Below the pieces are notes generated by a model, which did not search any database, had not been told where the DNA came from, and was given only the letters and a program-made list of their open reading frames with translations. A stretch of DNA of 64,000 bases from Tubiluchus corallicola (Eukaryota; Animalia; Priapulida): positions 283,557 to 347,556 of the forward strand of contig JAQGDQ010000234.1 of assembly GCA_030141605.1 (NCBI GenBank), given 5' to 3'. Made by a program: the position numbers and the translations under genes. Each line of letters starts with the position of its first letter. The stretch's first letter is position 1. Below, piece by piece: positions 12,200 through 26,900 of this stretch.

Positions 12200-12790
12200 A
12201 CGTCAGCATATCGCTTTCTAGGCGACAAAATAATTGCTCATAGGATCGAGGTTGCCAAATAATATACAGGGAATTCACTAAACTATAATTTGCCCAAACA
12301 GAACATTCATTAATAAAAACGTAAACATACTCATTGCACTTTATAAACCCATAGTCTGTCCAGTGTATGGAATACGCTAGGCCGGTTTGGAATCCGTACT
12401 TTATTGAAGATATATGCTTGACGCATATCCAAAGAAGAGTTGCAAAAATGGTTGAAGAGTTAAAGTGACTGGTCAGCGACTTAAGCATCTAGGTATGCAT
12501 ACACTATTAACTAGAAGGACGTGCGCTGATTTAATACAAACTTTCAAAGTCATTAAAGGAATTGATGATGTGGATGTTTTCCACATTTAAGAGCCATCAG
12601 AGGATGATGAGAGGACATCAGTTACCACTGTACAAGAAGTGAGCAAAGCTGGATTTCAGAAAATGTTATTTCAGTCATAGGATAACTTATTTGCGGAATG
12701 GGTTACCTGAAAAGGCTATGGAAGCACTTACAGTTAATCAGCCTTCCGTATATTTTAATGCCATTGAAGAACAAAATATAGATTGAATTC
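12200..12790 (+). mobile_element. Decayed CR1-type LINE, ORF2 3' fragment
   Basis: Broken frame reads ...MEYARPVWNPY...IQRRVAKMV...RR..ADLIQTFKVIKGID...RGHQL...YFSHRI...NGLP, typical of the CR1 ORF2 C-terminus. Confidence 0.75.
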
Positions 12791-13279
12791 ATGAGAAACA
12801 TGCCTGCAAACACTGAATTTTCTACAGTATGACACTACTACACTTAGTTATACATACGTAAGTTTTGCTGCATGTAGTGTACATAATGTATCAAATCATT
12901 ATAACCATTGTAGAGCGGTACCATAAAGCGAATTCGAACATCCTATGCTCACCCTTTGGCCTTTGAACTTTTATCTGTTGGCGGGTAGCGCTGCCAGGTG
13001 TTATCGGTTTAACTTGAACTGAATTGAATTACAACGATGCTTTTTCAACAGTTATTGGAACATGCAAAATTGAAGATTGTAGTTCGTAAGCGCGGTAATT
13101 TTGTGAAAATTAAATTAATAACTATTGCCTTTTTGTATTTGTAATAAGGTCCTTGGAATTTTTTTGTATTTATTGATTTATTACTAATTAGGCACAAAAA
13201 TAGTAAGCAGTAAAATTATATGGTCATGATCAATACGAAATAAACAAAATGATATAAACAACGTTGGTTAATTTGCAAT

Positions 13280-13670
13280 GTAGGTAAGGATGATACCCGG
13301 AGTGATTTATAATACAGAAACATGCAGTGGCGTAACAAAAGGAGAAATGGGCAGGATGGAAAAAATTCAGAAGGATATGTTACAAAAGGGTTTTAGAGAT
13401 AAAGCTTAATATGCTACCACTAAAATGTAATTATAGAAGTAAGTTTAAAGGAGATCTATGGACAGTATGGTGCCCACTGTGTGGTAAAGAAGAAGATACA
13501 ACAGAGCATCTATTCAAATGTACGATGATAAGAAATGTGCTACCAACTACAGAAATAAATTTCCAAAATCTGATTGAGTCAGAAGATCCACAAATAGCAA
13601 AATAGTTGGAATTTGTTGAAATAGCAATGGAAACAAGAAAAAGAAGAGGTGTCGTGCTGGAAATTTAGCC
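13280..13670 (+). mobile_element. Non-LTR retrotransposon C-terminal fragment with zinc knuckle
   Basis: CPLCGKEEDTTEHLFKC (CCHC) in ORF 13411-13605. Confidence 0.6.
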
Positions 13671-13954
13671 AAAATAGCAATAGTCATACACAATTTATAA
13701 AGTATCAACGTTGATTATGTTAGTTGTGTCTTGCACGGTGATATTCATTTGTGCCTGTCTAACCAGATAGAGTGGAAACCGAGGAAACAATGGAAACAAC
13801 GAAAATTGTGCCCAGCACAATGTGCCATGGATGACAGCAAGGAACTAAATCTTCAAACAGGTCACTGCCTGTCATCTATTAAGTTCATTGTATAGAACAT
13901 CGTTGAGCAAGTTTTGATTCTTAATTTAATAGCCTGCGTTTAGATAAATAGATA

Positions 13955-15750
13955 ATTTATTCATCTCCTTGAGTAGGTATGAGTACACACAATATGAATC
14001 AAAACAAACAAAATTCAATTTGAGTGGAGAAAGGGTGGCAAAAAAAGGGTGACACTAAGAAATAATAGTAATGGTGCTAGCAGTCAATATTTTAAACAGG
14101 TAATTGGAGTAGGATGTGAAAAATTCAGAAAAAATAAAACTGTGATAGTTACGTGAAATAAAAATAATAAATTTGATTAAATGTCAAGGCATGAGAATTG
14201 CAAATAAGATTAAGCAAATTACCAGTCTAAAATAAGGTTGTAATAAGCTAATAAGAAAAAAACATGACTAAACAAAAATAAGCAAATGATTAAATTTTAC
14301 AATAATTAAATACACAGTTACATTTAAACATAAACCAATACTCACATGTGGCGTAAAATAAGAGGGAGCAAATTATAAATATGCAACATATCTCCATGCA
14401 TTTATCTTTTGCAAAATAAAGAAAATAAGTAAATAAACTAAAAAAACAATAAACAAAATTGGCAAAACTGATCAAAATAACATATGCTATAACTATAACA
14501 AAATAACTATATGAAGCATACACAGAAAACATATGCAAAACAAAATCGAGTAAATTCAAAGGAAAAAAATAACTGGCATATAAGCAATACATGCATGATC
14601 GTGCATTTACCATTTATCAGCTTCTGCTTGATGCACAAATTACTAACAAGAAATTTTGACTGTTTCTACGCTTCTATACAGTGTAAGGTAAAATTTGCTG
14701 GATGAAATACTACATAAGAACAAAATTTAACTTAGGGCTAGAATAAAATGACTGTAGACTTGATATTAGCTCAAATGTGAAAAACAATAACTATAAATTT
14801 AAATTTATTGGGTGGCTATATAATGTCTATTACTCCTCATAGGGGCTAGGGATGTTGTCGTTATTAATTAGAAGAAAGCAGTATTTCCGTTTCAAAGAAT
14901 TTAACGACCCTGTAGCGATATCAGTAAGCAAAGTGTTCCGAAGTATAGGCCCTTGATATTTTAAAGATTTTTGTCCTTTGAATGTATTAAATTTTTCAAT
15001 GAAAAGGGAACTATTATGGCAAATCTTGTATTGTACCTGTGTATATCAGGCACAGAAGTATAATAGTTACTGAACAGGTTGGGCAGCAATTTATGTTTGA
15101 ACTTGTATACAAACTTTACAAGTTCAAGCTTATAAATATCATTTATTTTGAGTAATTTCAGTTTGTATTATGACAATGCAGCATGTTCATGCCGAGCAGA
15201 GAATGTCATTAACTTTATAATTTTATTTTTTTAAGTTTGAAGAGATTTTAGTGTAGTTAAAATGACAGTGCCCCAGGAAAGTATACCATACAATAAGTAT
15301 GCATATACCAAGGCAAAATAAATGAGCTTTATAGTGGCTTGATCTACATAGTGCCTAAGTTGCAATATAATACCTTTAATTTTGCTAAAGTTATAACAAA
15401 TGTGCTTGATTTGAGTGCCCCATGATAATTTGTCATCAATAAATAACCCCATATATTTTATTTCGTTGGCCTGTTCTATCACTTGATTATTAATTTTGAG
15501 TTGGAAATTATTTAAGTCTGCTGAACATTTAATTAACATGTATTTAGTCTTTTTGTAATTTATCGCTAACTTATTGGTCTGCATCCAAGAACTGACATTT
15601 AACATTTCGTTATTGACTATTTGTTGAAGATTATTTAGGTTAGTATCGGATAAAAACAGGTTAGTATCATCAGCGAACATTCTTGTATAAAATCCAGAGC
15701 AATAAGCAAGGTCATTAATATGCAGAAAAAACAGTAGCAGGCCAATGATG
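13955..15750 (-). mobile_element. 5'-truncated L2/CR1-group LINE (RT 3' half plus 3' UTR)
   Basis: FADDTNLF...N.LAINYKKTKYM...KYMGLFIDDKLSW...IYFALVYAYLLYGILSWG in ORF 15231-15680; AT-rich tail boundary approximate. Confidence 0.8.
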
Positions 15751-16829
15751 ACCTACGCGAAATGAGTAACATAAATAGTATAGCAGTGTACAACATGATT
15801 AAAGTTACAAATGCAAGAGACAGAAAGACAGTTTATCTACTGGGCTGCTGTCTAGCTTTTTGCCCATAGGTTTCTCCGTCTTTGTACTAAATCAGATGTA
15901 TAAACAATAAACATGATCTTAAATTTGGTTGCTAACCATCTAGTGAGGAAATCCAGAAGTGATGATTATTCTAAACTCACCTGGAACGCTAGTAGTGTGC
16001 ACTCAGGTTGAAAGGTGTTATGCTACTTCTTCGGATTGTTTGACCACCATTTGTCAAGTTGTCTTTAGAAGTGGTCTGGACGTCTTGAATATCTAAAATG
16101 TATTCCCAAATTATTCCAATCGATGACTACCTAGGAAATAAAAGGGTTTTGGTTCTTGCATCTAGGCTTAGAGATCTTACATCCATCACCGCTATAATTG
16201 ACTTGAAAGTAATGTTAATATCATTGAAAATTCGAAATGTGGTTAATATGTCTCCACATTTCTGTATTGGTGTGACGTGAGTTTTAACCAGCTGATATCA
16301 ATTTGGTTGCTTGTGTCTGGATGATTTAATGTAAGAGCACTATGGCTTCAGCTGTGCCAACACTCCCCTCTGTCGCATTTGGTTACATCCTACTATTATT
16401 ATATTAGCATTATTATGGTATTACTATTTAGTTTTAGCCTCGGTCTGGGCTTCCCTGTCGGAGTCAGCTGTAATCTTACCACCTTGAGCTATTGAGTTGG
16501 TTGCTATGAAACCTCTGTACTGTTTTAAATAAAATAGTTTATTTTGGTTAAATTCCTTTCTGATATGTTCTAGCTAAACTGGATACCATATTACTTAGCC
16601 ATAACCCATTACTATTCGTACAAAGGTTTTGAACAGGATTAAAGACATGTTACAGTCTCAGTACGTGAATTCCCTAAAAAAAAGATTTCTGATGTTTCTG
16701 AGCTGATTTAGAGACTTCATCAGTATGCTTCTTGGAATATAGTGAGTTACTGATGTAGATAGAAGCTCTTTTTGTAGGCTTACTTGAGTAGTAACAGACT
16801 TGGGTTTTCCTCTGGTGTCGAGCATAGAG

Positions 16830-18115
16830 TATTGAATATTGTTGGAATTTTTGCCTGTATGAAGAACCTTGCATTTATTGCTGTTCTTCATATATAGTTG
16901 TTCTTCATATCAAAGGCGTATATATCAGTTACATGTCCAAGCATCTAAGGTTTTGACGTTAATCTGTAGTGTATCATAATCATTGGAAGATGCCTTTTGT
17001 CTATATATTTTTGTATCATCAGCAAACATTTTAACGTTGAAGCTACATTGTCAGGAACATCATTGGCCTATAACACGAAAGCAACGGTTGCCCTCACTTG
17101 TAGTATCCCTCTTTTAACTTCGATTATAGAGGACATGATAGAATCGACCTGTATGCACTAGAAGAAAGCTGTTAAGAAATCTTGTATCAATTGTAGCAAC
17201 TGCCCATAATAAATGCCATAAACCTTGAGTTTTAGTAACAAACATTTATGAGGAACCTTGTCGAATGCTTTTTGTAGATCATAGTAGATTACCTCAGCAG
17301 TCTTTTGCCAATCAGTTAGACATTTTAACAAGTTGGGAACACAAGAGTTGTCATGGATAAAGCAGAAATTGAGAAGTTCCAGCATTGTAAGTGTTCGTAG
17401 ATTTCGTTCCAGATAATAATCCTTTCGGTTAGCTTGCAGGCCACTGAAGTAAGACTAATCGGGTGATAAGTGGCTTTGTGTCTCTCTGACCTTTCTTAAA
17501 AATGGGTAAGATAATGGAATGTTTTCAGTCTGAGGTTAGCTGCCCTTCCATTAATGATTTATCAAGCAGCATTTTCAATTGGTGATACAGACTATCCTTC
17601 AACTGCTTAATAGAGCAGGATGAAGTGGCCAGGCCCCTAATGAGCCATGATCGCCACATCTATTGTTCTGATGTTGAAAGCCACAGAATCGATGATGATA
17701 GTGGTTTTAGATTGGAATGGTATGCCGATTTCTTCAGGGAAACCACTAACAAAGTGGTGATAGAACAGTTCTGCCTTGGAATTGTTAGTAACAACATCTG
17801 TTCCATTCTATTTGAGTATCGTTATCTTATCCTCTATCCTTAGATTATGGTTCATGTATGCCCAAAACAACTTTGGTCTTACCTTTGCAGAGTTGTCAAG
17901 CTGTTTTTCGTAGTCCCTTTTAGCACTGCGAATCTACCAAGTTGTGTAATTTGTCTACTGAGCATGTAGTCGATAGCTATTGGTATCCTTCCTGGCATTG
18001 TAACTTCTCCCCTTACTTTTTTCAAGTTTATGGCATCTGGTGCATCTTTGGGAATGCACGCAGGCTTTAGTTTTCCATTCTTAGTCTTAGTCTTTATTTG
18101 CCTAAGCATGTAGCC
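16830..18115 (-). mobile_element. Decayed CR1-type LINE RT fragment
   Basis: Frameshifted motifs: FWAY, Y.PISLTSVACKL.E.II, IYYDLQKAFDKVPH..LLLKL..YGI, MFADDTKIY, KCKVLH.G. Confidence 0.8.
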
Positions 18116-19081
18116 CTCAATACAACAATATTAAGTATTCAATATTCACTTTTTGTTTTTATTCATGAATACAATTCAAAAGGTTTAAATAAGTACTATT
18201 ATTTCATAGGCTGGCAGTAGTTAGAAAGATGCAGGGTGGTGAAAGACCAGTCGTCACCTGACAAGCCCTTAACAACAGAAAATAACGATAATATAAAATT
18301 GTTCTTATGGTGTAGTAGCTAATAGTGAGAGGCAGTCATTACTTATAGCTCACAAACAAGTTTTAGGGATGATATTTGTGCCATTTGCAGCCAAAAATTC
18401 ATGTAAAGTTGCCGTGCTAATTTTGAGGCATGAGATGTTATAGCAATAATTATGTTAGCGTAAGTTTAAGCAATTTATTTTGTCATTCAAAAGAATTGTT
18501 GACTTCATACTGAGCAACAAGAAAAACAAATTACAAAGGTGTGGTAAAACTAAAATAAGAATCAGAATGAGCATGTTAGCAGAATAGCAGCAACAATAAA
18601 TGCAACTAATACGAGCATTAAGCTAGCAGAACTAATAACCGTAATTATACAGACTTATTGTAAGCAGCATAATAATAATAGCACAATTTAAAAATAAGGA
18701 ACATCGTATCAAACTAAACCAAATTGGATTTTTTTCTCCTATATAATAACTATCGACATACAACATTGTAAATAAATAGTTCATGCCAAGGGAAAATGTT
18801 GTGAAGAACTTAAGTTATTGCATCTGCCATCTAAGCACTGTTGTGTTACATTTAACAGCGACATGTTATTTTTCAGGAGTAGCAGATGCTATGCTGCTAT
18901 TTGTGTATTTATTTTGCATGTAAATGCTAGGCAAGTGTACAGCTTCCAGCTTGGCAGCATTGTACTGGCAAAATGAAAAACTATGCTCCACAGCATTAAT
19001 AGGTTGGAATGTTGATGTTTTCTGTGTTATAGCTTTTTTAGTATAAGTTGAGAATTATATTTTCTGTTTAAGATTCCAACA

Positions 19082-20867
19082 ATGATGACAGATAAGTTTT
19101 TTAAGAAGAAAGTCCCAGTTTGCATCAAGACAGCTGACAATGAACAATGGTATGCATTAAATTTAATTCATTATTTATTAGAAGTACGTAGAACTAGTGC
19201 CGAACCTATTGCACCATCACCATTTCACTGGAAAAGAAGAATATTTTATCGTTTAAGCTAAATAACTGATCCTTAATTTCATCAGTTTATTTTTGTGTTG
19301 CACATAATATTGAGATGCAGCTGATGGTGAAATTTTTTATGAATTAAGTTAATCAACATCTGAACTTTTTAGGAGAAATTCTGTCGAAGTTACGGTTGAA
19401 CTACATAATTTGATGACACCATTGCATAAAAAGGTATACTTAAAACTTACATATTGTAAAGAAGCCATTATGAATTTTGGCTTAAACTACGTAAGTATGA
19501 AACTCAGAAGAAATATATTTTTGTAGTTCGCAGTCATTTTGCTGGGGAGGTGCTTGTATTCCCTTTAATGCAAGATAAGTATCAGATGATATGATTCTGT
19601 TTTTACATAGACTACTTAACAAAACTTTTTATACAGTGGCCGCCGCTTATTGTGGACACCTCGGGCCAGCAGTGTATGTCCATATTAAGCGGCTGTCCAT
19701 ATTAAGCGAAGTGACCCATGAAGACCCTTCCCCTTCATTAAAAAAGGCAAAAAACCGTCTGTATCAACTCGTCTCCTGTTTTATTGAAAAAAAGAAGTCA
19801 GACGAGTTTGTTTGGCAGGAAACTTTTCTCTCAAGCTTGAACGGAAGGAAGTTATCACAGTTTCGAAGCTCTCAAGGCCACGGCGAACTGACTGATGCAA
19901 TGACTCACACAGGCAGCAGAGCGGGAAGCTCTTTTCAATCACGCGCGCAGGCCGTGGTTGGCACGGCTGGTCACGTGCCAAGAATGTTCGCTGTCCATAT
20001 TAAGCGGCGGTTGTCCATATTAACCGGCGGATTTTATTAGGGGAAAATTCCGTCCCTCGCGAGTTGTCCACAATAACCGGCTGTCCACAATAACCGTGTC
20101 CATAATAAGCGGCGGCCACTGTATTAATAATAATCTTCAAGAAACATTGACATTATGAAAAATGAAATATATGCAAGTTAGTACAAGCTTATGGTGTACA
20201 CAATATTATAATAATAGGCAGATCAACAACATACCGGTAAATAAAAGTTATTACCTTGCTGTCATCTTGAAAAGTCTAAGCATTTGGCATGGTTTGATTA
20301 GCTAATCCAGCCACATATTCGATCCTTCAGCCACTCTGGTGCTATTCCAATGTTTTTGAAACTTGGATTTATTTGGGATTCCACAGTTAATAGAGGAGCT
20401 CGTAGTGTTTCTAAGGCCTGAGACAGCAAGTGCATATAAGGGCAATGTAACTGTTATAGTTAAGCAATATTGCAATTAAACCATAGGTTGTGACTAATGT
20501 TTTGAGCCTTGCATTTAGGAGTTGATTGTGCGATTGACCGACGAAAAAGACTTATTTTTTCTTTTTGTCGTTGCGATTGGAGAGGAAATATTTCAAAGGT
20601 ACGCTCTAGCTTTTTTACGAAATAGTGTCAAAATCCTAACTTTGTATACATAACGTACATGTGTTAGAATTTTGGATTAGTCTTAGATGCTTGTGTGATG
20701 ATTTTCAAAGATTTTTGTTATGGCTTTCGTTTTTGTTTGTGTTTCCCGAAATTTCGTGCTTACATTTATGCCTTAACTTGAAATATTTATTAAACTTCTA
20801 TGCATGGACATCGGTGAGATAGATTTATATCATCATCTCATCATCACTGCCTGTGCACACTATGCGA

Positions 20868-20909
<42 letters not shown>

Positions 20910-23900
20910 TACTGCTTTGCTTTGTCATTAATCAATTATTATTTAACCGAGAAATATTTTTCTGGAATGACTTATCTTGATATTCTACTTTAATTATTTC
21001 AGCTTAAAAGCTCAGCAGGGCTTACTTGTTGACTTCGGCACTTTTCCACACAAGTTTATCGATTTGTTAGAACTCTGCTTACAAGAAAAGGAAAACTCGA
21101 CTCCAAGGTACGTTATCTTGTTTTCTTCAAGTGTCACAGGTTCAACTAACTCAGTAAGAGATGGAGTGTTTTGGGAATTATGTTGTCTGCAATTGCCTTA
21201 CTGATAAATTATTAAAAATGCATTAACTGTTGTGCAAATGTAGCAGATGTGCATAAGAGCTTTGTTAAAACAGGCTTTTCACCCTCACATAATAATGTAG
21301 TCAGAACCTTGAAAATAGGATAAGTATAAGACAGCCTTTATCAAAATTCAACTGAAATACTTCCAAAATTAAAATAACTGTGAAACCTGTAGACAAATAT
21401 CAAAATGACCTTTGTTCTCATTTTCTTTTCATGGTTGTGTAATAGTCTTTCCAAGACATTTTAGTCAATTCTGGCATATGGTTTAGTATAGTTCTTCTAA
21501 GCCTGGTATGCACCTGTTAAATAAACCTATGCAGTAATTAAGATGAATTTAGGTAAGTTTAGAGTGCAGTTTACATCATTACTAATAGCTGATCAATTAA
21601 AACGCATAGTTAGTTGTTTGCTTGAGATGGTTTTTTAATTTTGACTGGTTTCAATTTTTTTCTTGACAGTGTGTTCTCTTTTCTGCATTGGTCCATTCCA
21701 AGTTTTACAAACTTACAATTTTCGGAGCATTTTTGCAGCAATGTGAAAGCCAATTTGATCAAATTTGACACTTTGTTACCTGATTTAGTTTTATTTCACC
21801 TGCAGTACGATTCCAGGCATACTAAACGTTAATTGGAAGGGTTTTTTATTTATGAGAAATAAGCCTTTGACGGTCTGTGATAAGAAATGTTATGATTTGT
21901 TGCCCTTATTTGTGTAACTACATATATGATCAGTAACTGCATTTTAGATAATTAACTTCGTAGCTAACAGTCTCGTTGAGGAAGATTATAAATTTGTCCA
22001 GTTTTTGTCAAGTACCTATGTAAATTTGCATCTGTGTCAGCAGCTTAAAACTTGGCTAAACCATAGAAATTTGAGTAGAGAGTTAAATTTGGATTTTATT
22101 TAGATGAAAATTTGGACTTCTCTGCACCTGTTTCCTTCATATGTGGAAAAAGCTATGAGGCAGGTCAATGTACTATTTAGATTAAGAGAGCTGTTAAATA
22201 CTGGAAGTAAATTGAAAATCTACCATGCTTTCACATAATTCCAATTCAGGTTATTGTTCTTTAATATTTCATTGTTGTTGTGTTACAAATGCTAGGAAAA
22301 TGGAGAAGATAGAGCATCGAAATTTGCCTTTAATGATCACCGGTCTTCCTACATGCAACTTATTCAACATCCTGGCACACAAGCTTTGATTAGTGAATGT
22401 CAGAAACGCCTTGCATTTGAAATATTAAAACATTTAAATAGAGTTGGATAAAGTGCCTTAACGTTTCACTATATTCATTTTTTAGGTTTGTCTTAAACCT
22501 GCTTATGTCTTCTGTTTCACCTTGTGATCGGAGTGCCGTTTATCTGAATGTAGTTGAAACGAATCCCTTCAAGCATCTTACTCATTTATCTCTGAAGTTG
22601 CAACCGGGCACAGATGCCGAAATTTCCAAATATCTAGCTGCTTGCTTAAAAAATATTCAGGTATGTTTTATAGAAAATATATTCATTATGTATTTTACTG
22701 CTCTGTGTATTTTTTCTACATGTGACTGAGATGCTTTTTTCTTTTAGGAGGAAAAACAGAATGTTGAAAGTCATTTGCAAATGCTTGAGGCTGAACTTAA
22801 TGCTAGATTAAAGCAAATGCAGCAAGTATGTAATTCATTTAAAATTCAAATTCTGCAGGCTTTATGTTCTTTCATAATTACCAGATTAGCTTTTTTTGGA
22901 TTTGCGATGTCTTATTATTAGTTCTAGTAAAACGTACAAGTGACGCAACTTTTTAACGGTTTTGTTGTATGTTAGGAAGCTATTTTAATACTTTTACATT
23001 TTGTTAAATTCTAGTAGCATACATGTCATTGGGTTAGTAAAAAATAAAAATAAATTACATTGCTGTATGAATAAACTTGCTAATAATTATTTTTCTCTAC
23101 TACGGATACATGCTGTTATTGTGCGTCCCTGATATCACAGTAGCAAATTGGTTGTTGAGGTATACTCATTAAATTATTTTCTTTTCTGTTATACTTGCCT
23201 GTTTGCTTTTGCGATATGCATAATATTTTTTTTGCTGAATTTGTTTAGGCATTGTCAGACAGAACTCAAGAGTTGGATAACTTGCGTACAGAATGGGCTG
23301 TAAAGTCTAGCACTATGTCAAATAAACACCTAGAAGAAATCCAGATTGAAAGGGAAAAGGCTGATATGGTAAGTTAATGCAGAATGATTTACAATTGCCA
23401 ACAAATGTAAGTTTACCTAACTACGGTAAGTCTTTATACAGCAGCACCTAATTTAGCGACAATTCCTTTTAACATTGATGAGTTTTGTTTTGTTCATTTT
23501 TTAATAACAAAATTTATACTATTCCTATGAATGTGTGGTTTCATTTGGTGACATTTCATGTAACATATTTTTGCTAGACTACCGTATATTTACATAAGCA
23601 GACTTACTGTGTAGAGAAATAAGCCTCAGTACTGTCTATCTTCGAGATATTGACCTTTGTTTTCCTTTGCAACCTATTTGCTTAGATCTGCCCATGCAAA
23701 CAGGCCTTTACACAGATAGCTGAGTGCTCCTTGAATAGAGGATCTTTTGGCCTGCGTGATTAGTCCTCCCACATAATCGCGAATAGCCTCTACAGTGCCT
23801 ATTCTTAGGTGATTCTTTTCTCTCTACTGAACCCAAGGGCTAATATTTCCCCTTTGGGCTAGCATAGTGTTATTATCCCTCACTATACTATCGCCAAAAT

Positions 23901-26900
23901 GCTTCTTGTATAGGATAATCAAATGTATGGAAGTATGAACATATAATTACTTTTCATAATACGTAATGTATCAAGATTGTATCTTTATTTTGTAGTCATG
24001 TAATCATTATCATTTGCTAATCTATGAATACGTAGTAGGTCCTATAGGCTTGTAAGTGGAGTAAGGTCTAGTATGATGTAGTGCTATAACTGTAACTACT
24101 ATTTCACAGACTAACACGTTCGTCGCCATTTTGTGCATTGCAAATACCACAGTGTGGTTATTAATAACTATGCGCGTATTTTAATCTAGTGTTATTGTCT
24201 TTGCTTTTCTATCAGTTATGAAACAGAACTATGTAGGAAATAGCAGTATCTGATTTCACTAAAGGTCTTCAATCCTGCAAATGCGAAAATAAATTACTTT
24301 GAACTAGGGAATTTTGATAGTTGCAGTCTCCCTACTCTTTATCTCTGCTATTTCACTTATCAAAAAATAATAAATTAACCAAAAAATTCATAGTTGCTGA
24401 CGTATAGTACATAGGTTTTTGAACTATTTATGCAACTACATGTAGAAAGCTTTTGTCAAGTTTAATTTATGTTCTCTTTTTAGATTTGCATTTTAGCACA
24501 AAGTGCTATTAAAATTTTGTTTTGATATGTACTAAAACTACTTCATGATTCTTTTGTTTTAGGCTAAGAAAAGTGCACAAGAAAGGAATGAGAGAGAGAA
24601 GAGAGACTTGGAAAAAACTCTCAACAAAAAAGTTAGTGATTCACAAATAAGATTAGGAAACTTGGAAAGAAATAACAAGGTGGGTTTTCATTAGCTGCTC
24701 CGAGTATTTTGAAATGTTGTCAGTTTTCTAAAATTTACTACCAGTCTGAAAAAGTGACAGTTTTCTGAAATTTGTGTCTATTTGCTAATGCCGCTTTCAG
24801 TTTGTTTATCTTCTGCTTTTCTAATTTTGGAGCTCATTGGTGAGGAAACGTTTTATACTAATAGATAAAATTTGAACTAGAATTGATATGTGTATTTATT
24901 CCTTTATGACAGTTTGTTAGAAATTGTGTTCTGCTGTAATGGACATGCATACTATAAAATCATTTGGCAGTGGTGTTTTTTTTCAGTTGCCATCATATTA
25001 TTAGATAGCAACAGCATTCTAAGTACGGAAGTGAAAATATAGCATTTTAGTTTTTTGTCTTCCACTGCTGAGAACTACTAAACGTTTCGAAATGAAAGAA
25101 GGTATTTTGTGGAAGAGAGATAGTTTGGCATTTTAAAAGGAAATTGATATTAAATAAGTCTGTTGGCTCTTATTTCTGATAAATATGCTGTTAAATTTAT
25201 TATTTATACCTGGTTTTTTCTTTGTACTCACTCATTATATCAAATGTAAAATTGCTCGTTGCTTTTATTTTTTAATTATTGTAGGATTTGTTAGACACAA
25301 AATACAAATTAGAGGCAACTGTTAAAGAACTGAAATCAAGGATTTCTACATCGGACGAAGATTATCACAGATGTAAGCAAGACTTGCAGATCTTAAGAAA
25401 ACAGCACAGTACACTGGATGTTGATTGTCGGGAAAAAGAGAAGGTATTTCGATTTATATGAGTAAAAATAAAATTTTGTTGTTTCTGTTTATAATATAAG
25501 TTTACAAATTATTTGCATCGTAATTGTTATGCAAGCACTTTTTCTGCAAAATTAATCTAAAATAAATTATTAGGCATTTACAGGGTAAAAAAATTTCCTC
25601 TGCAGAGTAAATAGTCAAAGATCGATAACATTATGAAAAAATAATTGAAAAGCAGTAGTCAGATATGACTGAATTGGTAAGAATATGTGCCCTGTTGAGA
25701 GTATATCACAGTAGTGGAAGTGCAAATTATCACACTTTCTAAAAATCTGCAAGTGTTGCTTACATCTTCCTATTGCATTATGTAAGGCTCTTGAAATGGA
25801 AAAAAAGAAATCCTGCATATAGATATACTGCAAAAAGATTTAGCAAACACAACTCTACTTTTGAGGAATGATGTATAATTGGCAGTGGCAGCAGATAGGA
25901 GTGCCTGGCATTTAATAGGTGGCGCGTGCCATGTCTTAGAACGTAGACGATGATGACTGTAATGGAGAAGCCAAGTGATGATAACTGTGATACATTTCTG
26001 TGCTTAGAAGCTTTGACATCATGTGGAGACTAGATGTATCCACAGCTCTAACGACATAAAGTTTTATATGTCACGAATAATGCCTAGTTTGAAGGCAATG
26101 GTTCTATTGGTGGCAATCCCAAAAGGTTATAAGTCCACTGTTGCCTGAAAAAACCAGGCATTTGCTTTATTGTACACCACTATGGACATTACTTATTTTA
26201 TGGATTATTACTAAGATTAAGGGCATAGATTCATGTAAATGTCACTTAAAAATTGCTAAAAAAACAATAGACCCTCTCCGTCATTTGCTCCTACAACAAC
26301 AAATGTGGGTAAATTTCCCTAAGTCATGGGGTTTTGCCTACTATACTCTGTCTAGTGTAAAAGCAAATTTTGCAATTCTTCAGCCGTGTCACGTTATGAT
26401 TACATGACACTGTTGGCAAATTGCTAAATTTGTTCAAAATGGCTGGTGGGCTATAGACTACATTTTAAACAATAATAAATCTATTTTACGTCACGTGACA
26501 CTGTTTTGACGAATTGTAAAGTTTGTAAATAAACTGGTATGTCATTCATAAATGTAACTAGTGTTAGCAAAATAGTTTAAATTTATGCTGTTATTATTAG
26601 CTTTCTGATTTTTTTACAGCACGTAAATCAGTTGAAAACCAGAATAGCTGTTTTGCAGCAGGAATTAAAAGACAAGGAACAACTTTTGAGTCAGTCTGAG
26701 CATCTTTTACAGTCTAATCAGCAGCAAAAGGTAAAGATGCAAGGTGTTCTACTTCGGTTATAATTATGTTATAATGTATATTGCATTTATTATGTAAATA
26801 TACTACAGTTAATATTATTTTATTATTGTAATGTATACACTCTTTCTTTAGTGTGTATTTCTAACTTTCTCGTAAATCTAATGAAATGTGCTTGATTTAC

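Noticed and set aside
14290-14613. Hydrophobic 107-aa ORF as a membrane protein
   Set aside because: T-rich 3' UTR of a LINE; compositional artefact
19591-20040. 149-aa ORF as a gene
   Set aside because: Lies almost wholly in a TA-flanked MITE within a SASS6 intron; no recognisable domain
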